Notes under the pieces: model-generated
What the model saw: only the letters and a program-made list of their open reading frames with translations
Told to the model about the DNA's origin: nothing
Database searches by the model: none
Shown: positions 40,589 to 40,989 of the stretch, piece after piece
Numbering within the stretch: position 1 is the stretch's first letter
Layout of the letters: each line of letters starts with the position of its first letter
Origin: Kofleriaceae bacterium
GTDB lineage: Bacteria > Myxococcota_A > Polyangia > Haliangiales > Haliangiaceae
Length of the DNA stretch: 40,989 nucleotides
Reading direction: 5' to 3'
Assembly (NCBI GenBank): GCA_036490255.1
Contig: DASXEF010000652.1
Location: forward strand, 1-40,989
Made by a program: the position numbers and the translations under genes

Positions 40589-40989
40589 TCAGTACTGGTA
40601 CATCGCGGTCAAGTACGCGCGGAAGCCCGCTTGGGGGTTCGGCAGGTACTCGAGGTGCGGCTCGTAGTCGAAGAACACGTCGGGATAGTAGTCGTGGCCG
40701 CCGAGCGCGTCGAACGCGGTCGCGCGAATCGAGAGCTTGTCGAACGGCGTATACGTCAACCCCACGGACAGATCGGCGATCGGCGGTAGCTGATCGAGCA
40801 CGAGGTCGGTCGCGAGCGTGTTCGTCGTGCCGGTCGGCAACCCGTTGGCGCCGTACATCAGATCGCGATACTCGACGAGCCGGTTCGGGTCCTCGGTCGA
40901 GCCCGAGATCTTGATGTTCGTCGTCGCCGTGAGGTGATTCGTGATGAGGTTCCACACGCCGGTGAGGTTGAACCAGTTGTTCGGCAGCG
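40589..40989 (-). CDS. C-terminal part of an outer-membrane beta-barrel protein; N-terminus lies beyond the right window edge
   Basis: The frame of track ORF 40589..40957 stays open to the window end (...LPNNWFNLTGVWNLITNHL...). It has alternating beta-strand character and a terminal aromatic signature ...AYLTAMYQY. Confidence 0.6.
   Translation of the reverse strand, partial: LPNNWFNLTGVWNLITNHLTATTNIKISGSTEDPNRLVEYRDLMYGANGLPTGTTNTLATDLVLDQLPPIADLSVGLTYTPFDKLSIRATAFDALGGHDYYPDVFFDYEPHLEYLPNPQAGFRAYLTAMYQY

Overview
High-GC (roughly 70% by hand counts) bacterial chromosomal window, tightly packed and mostly transcribed on the minus strand. The content points to Myxococcota: four Hanks-type Ser/Thr kinases, PEGA domains, a bactofilin and many lipobox proteins. 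Many six-frame ORFs are GC-driven shadows or run-ons, so I re-derived starts from signal peptides, stop/start overlaps and domain boundaries. Confident calls: a class II photolyase (3' end truncated by the left window edge, absent from the ORF track), an SDR, and an F1Fo ATP synthase cluster atpF'-atpF-atpH-atpA-atpG-atpD-atpC without atpB/atpE. This cluster runs straight into two small unknown genes and an ABC ATPase plus two ABC-2 permeases. Also confident: a patatin-like phospholipase, a Pol-beta-fold nucleotidyltransferase, an amicyanin-like cupredoxin, a VIT1/CCC1 transporter and several lipoproteins, one a roughly 14-repeat beta-propeller. No rRNA, tRNA, CRISPR array, transposase or integrase was found. 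Candidates for an undescribed system, none proven: (1) a nucleotidyltransferase-patatin two-gene operon (9084-10697); (2) next to it, a ~1 kb low-GC island (10743-11738) encoding an orphan Zn-ribbon protein fused in frame to an NAD(P)-binding gene; (3) a translationally coupled pair of large helical-repeat proteins (2845-8354), the upstream one ending in a LigA-like BRCT domain; (4) a three-kinase tandem array with an ATGA-coupled kinase-STAND NTPase-TM-coiled-coil protein; (5) a GHKL-like regulator, PEGA kinase and bactofilin module. Recurrent sequence-level oddities are zero-nucleotide stop-to-stop abutment at five of six convergent junctions (four as TGATCA) and AT-rich extended -10-like boxes a few nt from start codons.
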